Of a stretch of 46,333 nt of DNA, positions 7,592 to 16,855 are shown one piece after another. The DNA is taken from the NCBI GenBank assembly GCA_964534195.1, contig CAZHQX010000002.1:1-46333 (forward strand), written 5' to 3'. The first letter of the stretch is position 1; the number at the start of each line of letters is the position of its first letter. Source of the DNA: an uncultured Oscillospiraceae bacterium. GTDB taxonomy: Bacteria > Bacillota > Clostridia > Saccharofermentanales > UBA5734. A program made the position numbers and the translations under genes. The notes beneath the pieces are model-generated. The model was given only the letters and a program-made list of their open reading frames with translations, did no database searches and was not told the DNA's origin.

Positions 7592-8230
7592 TCACCTGAC
7601 GCCTGTGGAACCGAATCCTCCGCCTCTATCATTCCCGATCGACTCAACATCAGCATGCTGCACGAAATTCGCGTGCAAATGACGTGTAATTACCATCTGC
7701 GCGATTCTGTCTCCTTCTTCTATATAAACTGTTCCGTAGGGATTGTTATTCTCATCCAGGAAGAGGACATTGTTGAAAAAGCTCTGCCAGGCCGAATCAT
7801 CAGCTGATTGCACCAGCTTATCCATTGGTTTTAACTCTTGCAAATAGTTTTCGAGAGTAACCGCCCTATAATATTTTTCAAGTGTTTTAATAACATCTGG
7901 ATCAGTTGCTGCTAGAACCGGTATCAAAGCAGGGTTAAAGGTGTTCTCAATCAGCACCCCAACCTGATTACGATAATCAGAATCGATCGTACCAGGGCTA
8001 TTTGGTACTCTTAAAGCTGTTCTCAAGGACAAACCGCTTCTTGGTCTGATCTGAGCTTCAGCGCCTTCTGGCAGTGCGATTGTGATACCAGTAGGAATGA
8101 CCCGAGTTTCGCCTGGTCTGATAATCATATCTTCAGCAGCAAACAGATCACAGCCTGCAGCCTCTTCTGACGCATACAGAGGTAGTTTGCCCTTACCTTC
8201 AATTTTGATAAATACATCTGTGTTACTCAT
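7592..8230 (-). CDS. dut: dUTP diphosphatase (trimeric dUTPase fold) with a large internal insertion
   Basis: Motifs I AAGCDL, II RPRSGL, III GTIDSDYRNQ, IV GDRIAQM and V RGGGFGSTG are all present. About 66 extra residues lie between III and IV. ATG 8230 has AGGAGG 7 nt upstream and overlaps the U32 stop (ATGAGTAA). Confidence 0.85.
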   Translation of the reverse strand: MSNTDVFIKIEGKGKLPLYASEEAAGCDLFAAEDMIIRPGETRVIPTGITIALPEGAEAQIRPRSGLSLRTALRVPNSPGTIDSDYRNQVGVLIENTFNPALIPVLAATDPDVIKTLEKYYRAVTLENYLQELKPMDKLVQSADDSAWQSFFNNVLFLDENNNPYGTVYIEEGDRIAQMVITRHLHANFVQHADVESIGNDRGGGFGSTGVR

Positions 8231-10868
8231 AGATCTTCCTCCTTGTGTCAACAGATCCGTCTGCTATTCTATCTGCGATCCTTCTGACTAATTGTTCTAA
8301 TTCTGCTGTATTGGCACTATGCTCCTGCATCATATCATCGGTAAGCTTGCGCATAGCTCTTACCAGCTGTAATCTTTCTTGATAGCTCTCATCAAGCATA
8401 TGTAATCGCCATGCGGTTTTTACCGGCCACGACTTAGTTAACATAGCAATATCCAGCAGAACAGAGCTGTCAAAAATATCAGTCGTGCAAAAAAGCGGAT
8501 GAGTTTGAAGAATCATTTTTTTTCTGTTTTGATCACAAAGATCATAAAGCTTAGCGTTATCCGGCTTGACGGCAGTATCCTTCAGATGACATTTTTTACA
8601 TCCAATTACATTCTGTCCCACTGGGCAGTACACACTGCTCATTAAGCGTTGACGACCATAAACTGGCAAAACAAGGTGTGTTTGCCTGAACATCTCATTA
8701 TCCATACCGACTGCTATATCATAGATCTGACTTGCTAACAGCTCAGAGGAAAAGGTCAATGAATCAGGCCTGTTTGACAGAGCAAGCTCTGCAGACTTTC
8801 TGTTGGTAATATTGAGTCCGGAATCTACCTGAAGCTTCAAATCTGCGCCAATCAAAGAGGCTGCGCCCGGATGACTGCTGCAAATTCCATCAATACCTAT
8901 ATCAGCAAGACTTCTGATTGTTTCAGCTGCCCACGCCGCTATTTCGTTCTGCGGAGCCGGAGGTGTCCAAGCAAATATTGCTGAATCAGGCTCTTCCTGT
9001 TTCAGCACATCTATCCATGGTTTGCCTTTGTTATCAGCAAGTGACCAAAGCGGCAAAATATAACAGTCTGCGCCACAAGCTATTTCACCTGGATCATCCG
9101 GTAATCGCTGATACCATACATCGATCCTGCTGCCTGAAGAAGCCGACACATTTCCTTGATCGACTCTTTTGGAGGAGATATCGTTTAGTAAGCTCTTGGG
9201 CATAGTCATGCCGGGAGTCTTATCCGGTTCAATATTTGAAACAGTTATCTTAAAACTGTCTATCATTGCCTGCTCAAGTGTCTTGATCGCTTCTCTTCTC
9301 AAGCTATTTAGATCTGAAATTGAAAAACGCACTCCTGTTCCATCTAATTCAGTAAGCAATATCGAATCAACGGCAAATTGAGTCGCCCCTGTTTTAGCAA
9401 GCTGCTGTCTGACTCTATCCTCAGGAAGTGTTTTATCAGTAGTGATAAATACTTTTTCGGCAGCCGCTTCAAGTCCAGCTAAAGCTCCTGCAGCAATTCT
9501 TATATTAAGTGTTGCTCTCTGAAATCCGGCCTGTTCTTCTTCTGAGATAGCGACAGAAGCAAGCACGGCCTCAGCTTGATCGGCCAAGCTTACCTCTAAC
9601 ACAAGCTCAACTGGAATTTTTCGCACTGCATACTTTTTAATATCATTCAATTTGGAATTATCGGACATCTGAAACACCTGTTCACCCGGCTTGATTTTCT
9701 TAAGAACATCGGGGTGGAAGGCTTTTACCAGTATACCTTTGTTGTCAGGTTTAATGATACCAATAGGAGCGCTTGCGGTTTCTCTGCTGCCGGTGCGGAC
9801 AGAAAGCACATCGCCTCGAGCAGGCAGCGATGTCAAATCTCCTGCGAGCTGTATTTTGAGCGAGCCTTGTCTGGGATCAACAGCCTCGACGTTTCCAATA
9901 TAAAATCCATAGCTGCCTGGATATTTACCAGTGACAAAATTACTGTCTCTTCTGCCGACATAGTACCTATCAGTAAATTCTCCGCCTCTGTTATACGCGA
10001 TCAGGAGCTTCTTGTGATCTGATTCAACGCTCTTACTCCCGGCAAAAGCCTGGTCGATTGCCTTTCTGTACTCAGATACGACCAATGCGGTATAGTCCGC
10101 GGATCTCATTCGCCCTTCAATCTTAAGCGAGCTGACACCTGCCTCGATAAGCTCAGGCAAATACTTGATCAAAGCCTGATCTTTCGGACTTATAAGCGGA
10201 CTTGAATATTCAGGTCTATCACAAATCGAATCAGATAGATCTGGTCTGTGATATTCATTTATGCCATACGAGAGACGGCAGGGTTGAGAACACTGCCCGC
10301 GATTCGCGCTTCTTCCCTTCTTAATGCCGCTGATCAGGCATTGCCCGGAATAGGCAATGCACAAAGCACCATGTACAAAAACCTCGGTCTCAATTCCAAA
10401 TTCGCGTGCGTATGCTGTCAGATCGGCTATTGAACTTGCGTTGAGCTCTCTTGGCAGGACAACTCTGGCAAGACCCAGCTCATTAGCACGTTCCAGACCA
10501 TACCTATCGGTTATGGTCATCTGCGTGCTGGCATGTATTGGCATAGTGGGAAACTCTGCTCTAATCAAAGCAGCAAGGCCGATGTCCTGAACGATAATTC
10601 CGTCAACATATGCTGCTTTAGCTTGTCTTGCAAGCTCCAGAGCCTGATGAAGCTCATGGTCGCGCAGCAGAATATTAAGAGCCAGATAGCCTTTTACCGA
10701 TCTGGCATGAAGGAATTCAAGTATTTCCGGCAACTGATCATCAGTCAGATTATCTGCGCCGGCACGAGCGTTGAAAGAGCCGACACCAAAATACACAGCA
10801 TCAGCTCCATAATATGCAGCATTTTCAATTGCTTGTTTGTTTCCACCGGGAGCGAGCAGCTCAATCAT
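8223..10868 (-). CDS. Peptidase U32 family protein (long form with C-terminal extension)
   Basis: N-terminus ELLAPGGNKQAIENAAYYGADAVYFG..FNAR and E..VHGALCIAYSGQCLIS..GRSANRGQCSQPCR are typical U32 (collagenase-like / TrhP-RlhA-related) motifs. Confidence 0.85.
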   Translation of the reverse strand: MIELLAPGGNKQAIENAAYYGADAVYFGVGSFNARAGADNLTDDQLPEILEFLHARSVKGYLALNILLRDHELHQALELARQAKAAYVDGIIVQDIGLAALIRAEFPTMPIHASTQMTITDRYGLERANELGLARVVLPRELNASSIADLTAYAREFGIETEVFVHGALCIAYSGQCLISGIKKGRSANRGQCSQPCRLSYGINEYHRPDLSDSICDRPEYSSPLISPKDQALIKYLPELIEAGVSSLKIEGRMRSADYTALVVSEYRKAIDQAFAGSKSVESDHKKLLIAYNRGGEFTDRYYVGRRDSNFVTGKYPGSYGFYIGNVEAVDPRQGSLKIQLAGDLTSLPARGDVLSVRTGSRETASAPIGIIKPDNKGILVKAFHPDVLKKIKPGEQVFQMSDNSKLNDIKKYAVRKIPVELVLEVSLADQAEAVLASVAISEEEQAGFQRATLNIRIAAGALAGLEAAAEKVFITTDKTLPEDRVRQQLAKTGATQFAVDSILLTELDGTGVRFSISDLNSLRREAIKTLEQAMIDSFKITVSNIEPDKTPGMTMPKSLLNDISSKRVDQGNVSASSGSRIDVWYQRLPDDPGEIACGADCYILPLWSLADNKGKPWIDVLKQEEPDSAIFAWTPPAPQNEIAAWAAETIRSLADIGIDGICSSHPGAASLIGADLKLQVDSGLNITNRKSAELALSNRPDSLTFSSELLASQIYDIAVGMDNEMFRQTHLVLPVYGRQRLMSSVYCPVGQNVIGCKKCHLKDTAVKPDNAKLYDLCDQNRKKMILQTHPLFCTTDIFDSSVLLDIAMLTKSWPVKTAWRLHMLDESYQERLQLVRAMRKLTDDMMQEHSANTAELEQLVRRIADRIADGSVDTRRKIYE

Positions 10869-10871
10869 AAA

Positions 10872-11483
10872 TTAAACCAGCTCTTGCTTAGATCCTGAAT
10901 GACTATTTGCCGATCTCTCCTGCAAATAATCATCAAGTCTGGTTTGCTCAAACGGATGGAAATCATCAACATGAGGATTCAGATCGTTCTTATTATCAGC
11001 CGCTTCAGAATATTCGCTATTATTATCTATTGATAGTTCATCCTTTTCGTCTGTAGAATCATCTCTGATCGTACTTGAGATATCAGCAGCTCCCTTATCA
11101 ATCATGGTCTCACGTTCAAGTAGTTCTTCATATTCCTTACAAAGATTCTGATAATGAAGCAGATCCTTCTTAATTTCCCAGGTCTGCTCGCGGCAGCGCA
11201 TCAGCTCAGATTTCATCTCATCAAGCTTCTTCTCAGCCTCAGCACTCTTATGTTCTGCGTTCTCCATGCTCTTGCGAGCGTTATATTGCTCATCAACTGC
11301 ATTCACCAAAGCTAAAACAGTAGACATGCTTAGTGTGAGATGAGGGCTATTCTGCATCACTCTTCTGATCATTTCATCAGCGTGGGCAGCCACCTGTCTC
11401 ATATATACTTCATTTTCAGCGGCAAGCAATTGATAATTCATGCCTCCGATTTTGACCGTTATTTTACTAATGCTGTCAGCCAC
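10872..11483 (-). CDS. zapA: Cell division protein ZapA with long coiled-coil/acidic C-terminal extension
   Basis: KITVKIGGMNYQLLAAENEVYMRQVAAHADEMIRRV..LSMSTVLALVNAVDE is a ZapA domain. GTG 11483 lies 8 nt after GAGGAG, while the track start GTG 11492 abuts the SD. Confidence 0.75.
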   Translation of the reverse strand: MADSISKITVKIGGMNYQLLAAENEVYMRQVAAHADEMIRRVMQNSPHLTLSMSTVLALVNAVDEQYNARKSMENAEHKSAEAEKKLDEMKSELMRCREQTWEIKKDLLHYQNLCKEYEELLERETMIDKGAADISSTIRDDSTDEKDELSIDNNSEYSEAADNKNDLNPHVDDFHPFEQTRLDDYLQERSANSHSGSKQELV

Positions 11484-11561
11484 CGCTATCACTCCTCATA
11501 TCCTAATACTATTACTATTAATCAGTATAATTCAACAGCATAACATCAGCAACACTTGTGC

Positions 11562-12440
11562 TTACTGCAGCTTCATGAAGAGCTCCCAGAAAACCTTTGG
11601 CGGCAGCTGCTCGGCTCTTGCCTTATCCTCAAAACCATTTTCAGCTAGTACAGCCGTGAGTATTCCTTCAGAAGCTAAAAGATTGTATCCGCTGTTTCTA
11701 ATAACATTGGCAAAAGTCTTACGACGCTGACTGAAGCATGTATGAAGAAACCTATGGAAGCTACGCCTCATTTCCAGACCCATTGTCGCAAGATCATTAT
11801 GCTGAGGACCATCTGATTGACTATCTGCTATTACTGTCTTTTCTAGCTTTACTACTATGGAATCCACATGAGGACGAGGGTAATATGATGCAGCAGAGAC
11901 CCTCTGATATTTTTCTATTTTGCCATAAAGAGCAATCAGTATTGATACAGGCCCGTACAATTTGCTGCCGGGTAATGCGAACAATCTATCTGAAGCTTCC
12001 TTCTGCATCATAAGAAGCATTAGCCTTGCCGAAGCGAGCTCGATAATAAGCTTTTCAATCAGCTGAGTAGTAATATAGTAAGGAAGATTTGCCGCGACTT
12101 TGATACTATCATAACCTTCAGCTAAACTGCTGAAGTCAGTTTTCAATGCATCAGCATGAATAATACTAATATTACTGTTGGAGGACAATGTGTCAGCCAA
12201 TACAGCTACCATATGCTTATCGATCTCAATAGCAGCCACAGCTCTGGCTCCTGCCAATTCTCTTGTTAGGCTGCCAAGACCAGGTCCTATCTCCAAAACA
12301 AAATCCCTATTGGTTAGTTCTGTACCGGCAAGCAGACGATCAACAACCCGGTCATCGATCAGAAAATTCTGACCGAGCGACCGGGTTGGACGTATATCAT
12401 ATTCAGATAATAATTGCCTTGTCTCTTTAAGATCCATCAA
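11562..12440 (-). CDS. rsmA: 16S rRNA (adenine1518/1519-N6)-dimethyltransferase RsmA/KsgA
   Basis: RPTRSLGQNFLIDDRVVDRL..VLEIGPGLGSLT..ANLPYYITT. Confidence 0.95.
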   Translation of the reverse strand: MMDLKETRQLLSEYDIRPTRSLGQNFLIDDRVVDRLLAGTELTNRDFVLEIGPGLGSLTRELAGARAVAAIEIDKHMVAVLADTLSSNSNISIIHADALKTDFSSLAEGYDSIKVAANLPYYITTQLIEKLIIELASARLMLLMMQKEASDRLFALPGSKLYGPVSILIALYGKIEKYQRVSAASYYPRPHVDSIVVKLEKTVIADSQSDGPQHNDLATMGLEMRRSFHRFLHTCFSQRRKTFANVIRNSGYNLLASEGILTAVLAENGFEDKARAEQLPPKVFWELFMKLQ

Positions 12441-12487
12441 ATGATTCTCTCTGTCATTCAGACTTCAGAACTTCACAAATATATAGA

Positions 12488-13798
12488 TCAGGGAGTGGAC
12501 AAAATGTAGACCGCTCTGCTCTCTCTGCCTACTCTTGCTGTTCCTGCACGAATCTCTCCAGGATCATAGCTCAAATCAAGCAGATTAGGATTTGAATGGA
12601 CACCATGGATATCTCCAACAACTGCCAAACCATATCCTTCAATAAATAGTTTCGTACCAAGCGGCAGATTGGATCCTGTATACCTGCCACCACTCTTGTA
12701 GCCATATGTAGCAACTATACCGCGCTGTGCCGGAACACCACTGAATGTATTATGATTAATGGCAGGAGTATGACAGCCCTGCTGCATACATACCTCTAAT
12801 CCATCATACATTGTAACTGTTCTGGTTTGCTTGTCCTGATATGTATAGGTCTGACCATCAACGGTAATGGTCCCATCACCGTTATCAGAGTATCCACCAT
12901 ATGTTCGTTGACCATTGTTATTGAATGTACTCTTGATAGCATTCAGATTGTTAACAACGGTTGAATTGGCATATCTGCTGACTGGTGCTATAACAGGCTT
13001 CTTCTTAGTACCATTGGCAATTACCTTCTGTACAGGATCCTCAACTATCTCAGTTCCAACATACACCCGGCTTACAAAGATTCCATCTTCGTAAGTATCT
13101 GTGTATATTGTAGCTCTCTGTCCATCCTTGCCTTCTGTTGTGACCTTGCTCTCCCCTTCATAAATATTGGGATCATCTACCTCAACAGTTGTAAAAGGTA
13201 TAGCCTCGAACTCTCTGTATTCTTTTTTCTCAACATTGACATAAGTTATCGCAGCGCCATCTACGCTATCTTCACTCTCACCGGCCTCCTCTAATATTGT
13301 ACCGGTTTCTTCACTGATTTCAGAAAAACCAGAACGTGAAAGCAAATCTATCATAGACATTTCTTCTGCTGCTGTGCTTATAGCATAACCGCTCCAGGAA
13401 AGTGTGACACTCGACTGCCTGCTGACTGATAGATCGTATCGATGGCCGGGCAGCAATTGCTGATCATCCGACAGGCTTAGCAGGTCATTTTCTCCTACCT
13501 TGATTCCTGCTTCATCTATTGCCTCTATCACTGTATTCTGATATGTCAAAAGTGTCTGAGTATTGTCACCATCTGTGACTGTAAGCTCTGCTGGATATCT
13601 TGTTTCATCTGCCAGCATTGTTGAGCGGCTGTTTGCCAATACACCTGCGACGAGACCAAGACTAATCAATATAGTCAAGATAAACGATCTGATGATCGAT
13701 CTTGCCACCTTGATCTCGCGCTTGCTGCTGATACTTCGAACGTTGTTCCAAAGCTGTGCAGCTACAGCTATGATTCTTGGTTTGTTTATCTTTTTCAT
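12488..13798 (-). CDS. DUF348-G5-3D domain cell-wall protein (YabE/RpfB-like)
   Basis: N-terminal TM and DUF348-like repeats. G5 domain (VTTEGKDGQRATIYTDTYEDG..VQKVIANGTKKK). C-terminal 3D domain (GIVATYG..LPLGTKLFIEGYGLAVVGDIHG). It lies next to ksgA, as in Bacillus. I chose ATG 13798 (MKKINKPR) over TTG 13834. Confidence 0.8.
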   Translation of the reverse strand: MKKINKPRIIAVAAQLWNNVRSISSKREIKVARSIIRSFILTILISLGLVAGVLANSRSTMLADETRYPAELTVTDGDNTQTLLTYQNTVIEAIDEAGIKVGENDLLSLSDDQQLLPGHRYDLSVSRQSSVTLSWSGYAISTAAEEMSMIDLLSRSGFSEISEETGTILEEAGESEDSVDGAAITYVNVEKKEYREFEAIPFTTVEVDDPNIYEGESKVTTEGKDGQRATIYTDTYEDGIFVSRVYVGTEIVEDPVQKVIANGTKKKPVIAPVSRYANSTVVNNLNAIKSTFNNNGQRTYGGYSDNGDGTITVDGQTYTYQDKQTRTVTMYDGLEVCMQQGCHTPAINHNTFSGVPAQRGIVATYGYKSGGRYTGSNLPLGTKLFIEGYGLAVVGDIHGVHSNPNLLDLSYDPGEIRAGTARVGRESRAVYILSTP

Positions 13799-13935
13799 GT
13801 TTGCAATTATAATCAGGCCTATTACAAGTGTCAAACAAACAGCAAATTTTTCAGTTAAATCACACTATAAGTGAGGTTTCTGATTCGATTTTTCGACAAA
13901 TAGCAATAAAAATCTGCCAAAATGAGGTAATATTG

Positions 13936-15471
13936 TCACTGAGATTCTGTATCTCTTATTACCTGAAGTTTAGCCTTTATTCTTCTTTTTTCCTCATACA
14001 TGATCGAGTCAGCCTTGCTTATATGGTCTTCGATCTGATCCTGTTCAATTGACTTGATAACAGTTATTCCGTGACTGGCAGAGACGATATAAGGCCTTTT
14101 TTCAGTTTGATTTATTCTCTTCATATATTCTTTGATTCTCAACCAAATAAGCTCAGCCTGTTCTGCAGGAACGCCCGGTAAAACAAGCAAAAACTCATCG
14201 CCGCCCATTCTAATTACAAAATCACCTCGCCTAATACTATCCTTGATCGCTTGTGCGGCAGTTTTGATCAGTTCGTCTCCATAATCGTGTCCGAGCTGAT
14301 CATTTACCTGTTTAAGACCATTTATATCAACGAAACAGATCGACATTTCACGCAGATTTTCTGAGTCCTTGAACACCTTTTGTATACGGCTCAATCCGGT
14401 ATACCTATTTAATGTACCACTCATTTGATCATATTCTGAGAGGTATTTTGCTCTAATCTGCTGATGCTTGCGAAGTGCCAGCAGTCCCGCAGCAATAGCA
14501 CCTACAAGAATAAGAATGAAGAACGGTACAAAAGAATCTTTCAATGCTTCTACTATGAGATATATGACTGACCCGGAGTACATTCTATAAATATCAGAGC
14601 CAGCTGCGATTTCAGAAATCAGGTAGTAATTGCTATCAGAGGTAAATAGCCCAACGCCAACAAAATCATCAGGCATAATTATCCTACGCCAGAAGTATGC
14701 TCCCCGATTTATGCGAATATATCCTTCATTAACAGAAGCAACCGCATTTCTGACCTCTTGTACAGCCCTGATCGCAACTCTTGAGGGCACATCATCAAAC
14801 TCAGCTATAACTCTGGTTGATGAGTCAGTTAGCATCATATGTGCTATATCTGAGCCTTGATCCAGCTTATTACCTGTTATCAATTTGTGCGCTGGATAAA
14901 CAAAGCTGAAAATACCATCAGGCAAGCCCTCGACTTGACCATCAAGCCACAGAGGTCTGCTTAGTCTAAAAAAGTTGAAGGATTTTCCTGATTCCATATC
15001 CGCCCCTGACCAGGAAACAAAAATAATATCCTCAGCTGCAGAAAACAGTTTCTCATCGGGAATCTCGTCAAGCCAATCGGCATTCAAATCGGAATCAGAA
15101 TACATGATATCGCTGAGACTCAAGTACTGAAATTCGCTATATCCGCTATGAAGCATCTGACGCTCAAGCCATGTTGGAATTGTCTTGTCTGGAGAACTAT
15201 CTGCCAAGCCGGCACTTGCTTTCTGATCACTGGCAAGTACACCGCTGAAAAAATCAAGATCCTTCTTCCAATTGCTCATTATACCTTCAATAATGCTTTG
15301 GTTATAATCAAGCCTGTGATTCTCGTCAGCTGTATAATGGCCGATTTGATTGTTGATCAATCTCTTGTTGATAGTTAAACTGAAAACAAAGCTCAGCAAA
15401 AACGCAGAAATAACAGCAATTATAAAAGCTTTGAGAAAAAAGCTTTTCATTGACTTAAGATGATTCCACAT
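13936..15471 (-). CDS. Membrane sensor diguanylate cyclase (GGDEF, with RxxD I-site)
   Basis: Two TM helices bracket an extracytoplasmic domain of about 300 aa. C-terminal GGDEF domain: LNRYTG..CFVDINGLKQVNDQLGHDYGDELI..RRGDFVIRMGGDEFLLVL. ATG 15471 has GGAGG 7 nt upstream. Confidence 0.85.
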   Translation of the reverse strand: MWNHLKSMKSFFLKAFIIAVISAFLLSFVFSLTINKRLINNQIGHYTADENHRLDYNQSIIEGIMSNWKKDLDFFSGVLASDQKASAGLADSSPDKTIPTWLERQMLHSGYSEFQYLSLSDIMYSDSDLNADWLDEIPDEKLFSAAEDIIFVSWSGADMESGKSFNFFRLSRPLWLDGQVEGLPDGIFSFVYPAHKLITGNKLDQGSDIAHMMLTDSSTRVIAEFDDVPSRVAIRAVQEVRNAVASVNEGYIRINRGAYFWRRIIMPDDFVGVGLFTSDSNYYLISEIAAGSDIYRMYSGSVIYLIVEALKDSFVPFFILILVGAIAAGLLALRKHQQIRAKYLSEYDQMSGTLNRYTGLSRIQKVFKDSENLREMSICFVDINGLKQVNDQLGHDYGDELIKTAAQAIKDSIRRGDFVIRMGGDEFLLVLPGVPAEQAELIWLRIKEYMKRINQTEKRPYIVSASHGITVIKSIEQDQIEDHISKADSIMYEEKRRIKAKLQVIRDTESQ

Positions 15472-15566
15472 CAAGCTGCCTCCGAAGATAATAAAAAACA
15501 TATTATTTAAGAAATTTACTTATTCAACTATAACAAAGATTCAAATTTATGTCATACAAATAGTAA

Positions 15567-16826
15567 TCATTTTTTTTCTGAATTCTCTGTGGACGGCAAG
15601 GTTGTTGATTTGACCTCATTTCGAAGTTTGCTGCCAATAGACGGCAATTCAATTAATGGTTCCATATTGTTGTTCGATTTAACTGTTACTGGAGTCTCAT
15701 GATCAAACTGTTTGTTCCATTTACGGTCTGGACTGCCTGTATATGTATAACAATAATTATTCTCGCCATAATATACATAGAACAAAGCTGCCGGAACATC
15801 ACTATCACGATCAATATAGCAGAAAATTGGATGCTTGAGCCTTCTCGCCGTTTTCACCATGGTTTTAAAGTTGCTGGCCGTAATGCACCACTCCGGTTCC
15901 CAAGCCTTATCTCCTATCATCATCAAGCGTCCTCTGGCCATGCGCAGCATCTTTTGCAGCTGTCTTGTGAACTTCTGACGTTTCCTGGTCCTTGTTGTAG
16001 CCAGGAAGAATATCAATAGCATTAAACTCAGAAAAACAGCTGCAGGATATAGCCAAACAGGCATAGGAGACAATTCAAGACGCCAATCTTGGAATCGCCA
16101 TATCGAATCCTTTTTGTCCTGTAGATCAAGCAACCTGATTGTAAAGGTCTCACCCTCAAGCGGCATGATCATGCCTGGGCGTTCCTGTATTTTAGCAATC
16201 TCCTGTCCAGAACTAGACAAAGTAAAATCGGTCTGCAATCCAATCTCTAACTCATAAGAAACTTCCTGTTCGATATCCTGTTCAAGAGCGATCACCATAT
16301 CATTAACAGCGGCAAGGTCCACCTGCGCAGATTCTTCAAGGCTGATGCCACTGTCAACAGTATTAATAAATATCTCATCAGTCAGAGGTATGGTTTTTGA
16401 GCTGATCTGCTTATTGGGGTCTGCCTGATCTAGCTGGCGCAATATGGCCACTACTTGATACTTGCCGCTGATAGTAATGACATTGACGCCGCTGATCTCA
16501 TATTTAATTACTGGCAGAACGCTGATCGCGTTGCTGCGAAGATAAACAGCACCCATACCCTGCATTGTCTGGTCAAAAAACTCTGTCGGTCTATTTTGAA
16601 TATGATAGCTTATATCAGCATTTCTAGTGTATTTGTAGACCTGTGTTGGCAAAGTAAGAATAACTGGTCTGAATCGTGCGTAGGAGGCCAGCAGAGAAGC
16701 TGCCAGTAAAACAACTGACATTACGATTACAAGAAATCTGGTGGTTCCACCAATTTCTCTACGCTTGGACTGCTTCTGCTTTTTCTTGTGAACAGGCCCT
16801 TTTTGTGTTGCCTTTTTTTGCTTCAT
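15567..16826 (-). CDS. Hypothetical two-pass membrane protein (unknown function)
   Basis: 419-aa ORF with SD GGGAGGA. Lys-rich N-tail, then TM1 (FLVIVMSVVLLAASLLA) and an outside domain of about 215 aa. Then TM2 (VWLYPAAVFLSLMLLIFFLA) and a cytoplasmic domain of about 130 aa. No motif I can name with confidence. Confidence 0.6.
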   Translation of the reverse strand: MKQKKATQKGPVHKKKQKQSKRREIGGTTRFLVIVMSVVLLAASLLASYARFRPVILTLPTQVYKYTRNADISYHIQNRPTEFFDQTMQGMGAVYLRSNAISVLPVIKYEISGVNVITISGKYQVVAILRQLDQADPNKQISSKTIPLTDEIFINTVDSGISLEESAQVDLAAVNDMVIALEQDIEQEVSYELEIGLQTDFTLSSSGQEIAKIQERPGMIMPLEGETFTIRLLDLQDKKDSIWRFQDWRLELSPMPVWLYPAAVFLSLMLLIFFLATTRTRKRQKFTRQLQKMLRMARGRLMMIGDKAWEPEWCITASNFKTMVKTARRLKHPIFCYIDRDSDVPAALFYVYYGENNYCYTYTGSPDRKWNKQFDHETPVTVKSNNNMEPLIELPSIGSKLRNEVKSTTLPSTENSEKK

Positions 16827-16855
16827 AATTCCTCCCGCTCGTTAAAGCTTCAAGA

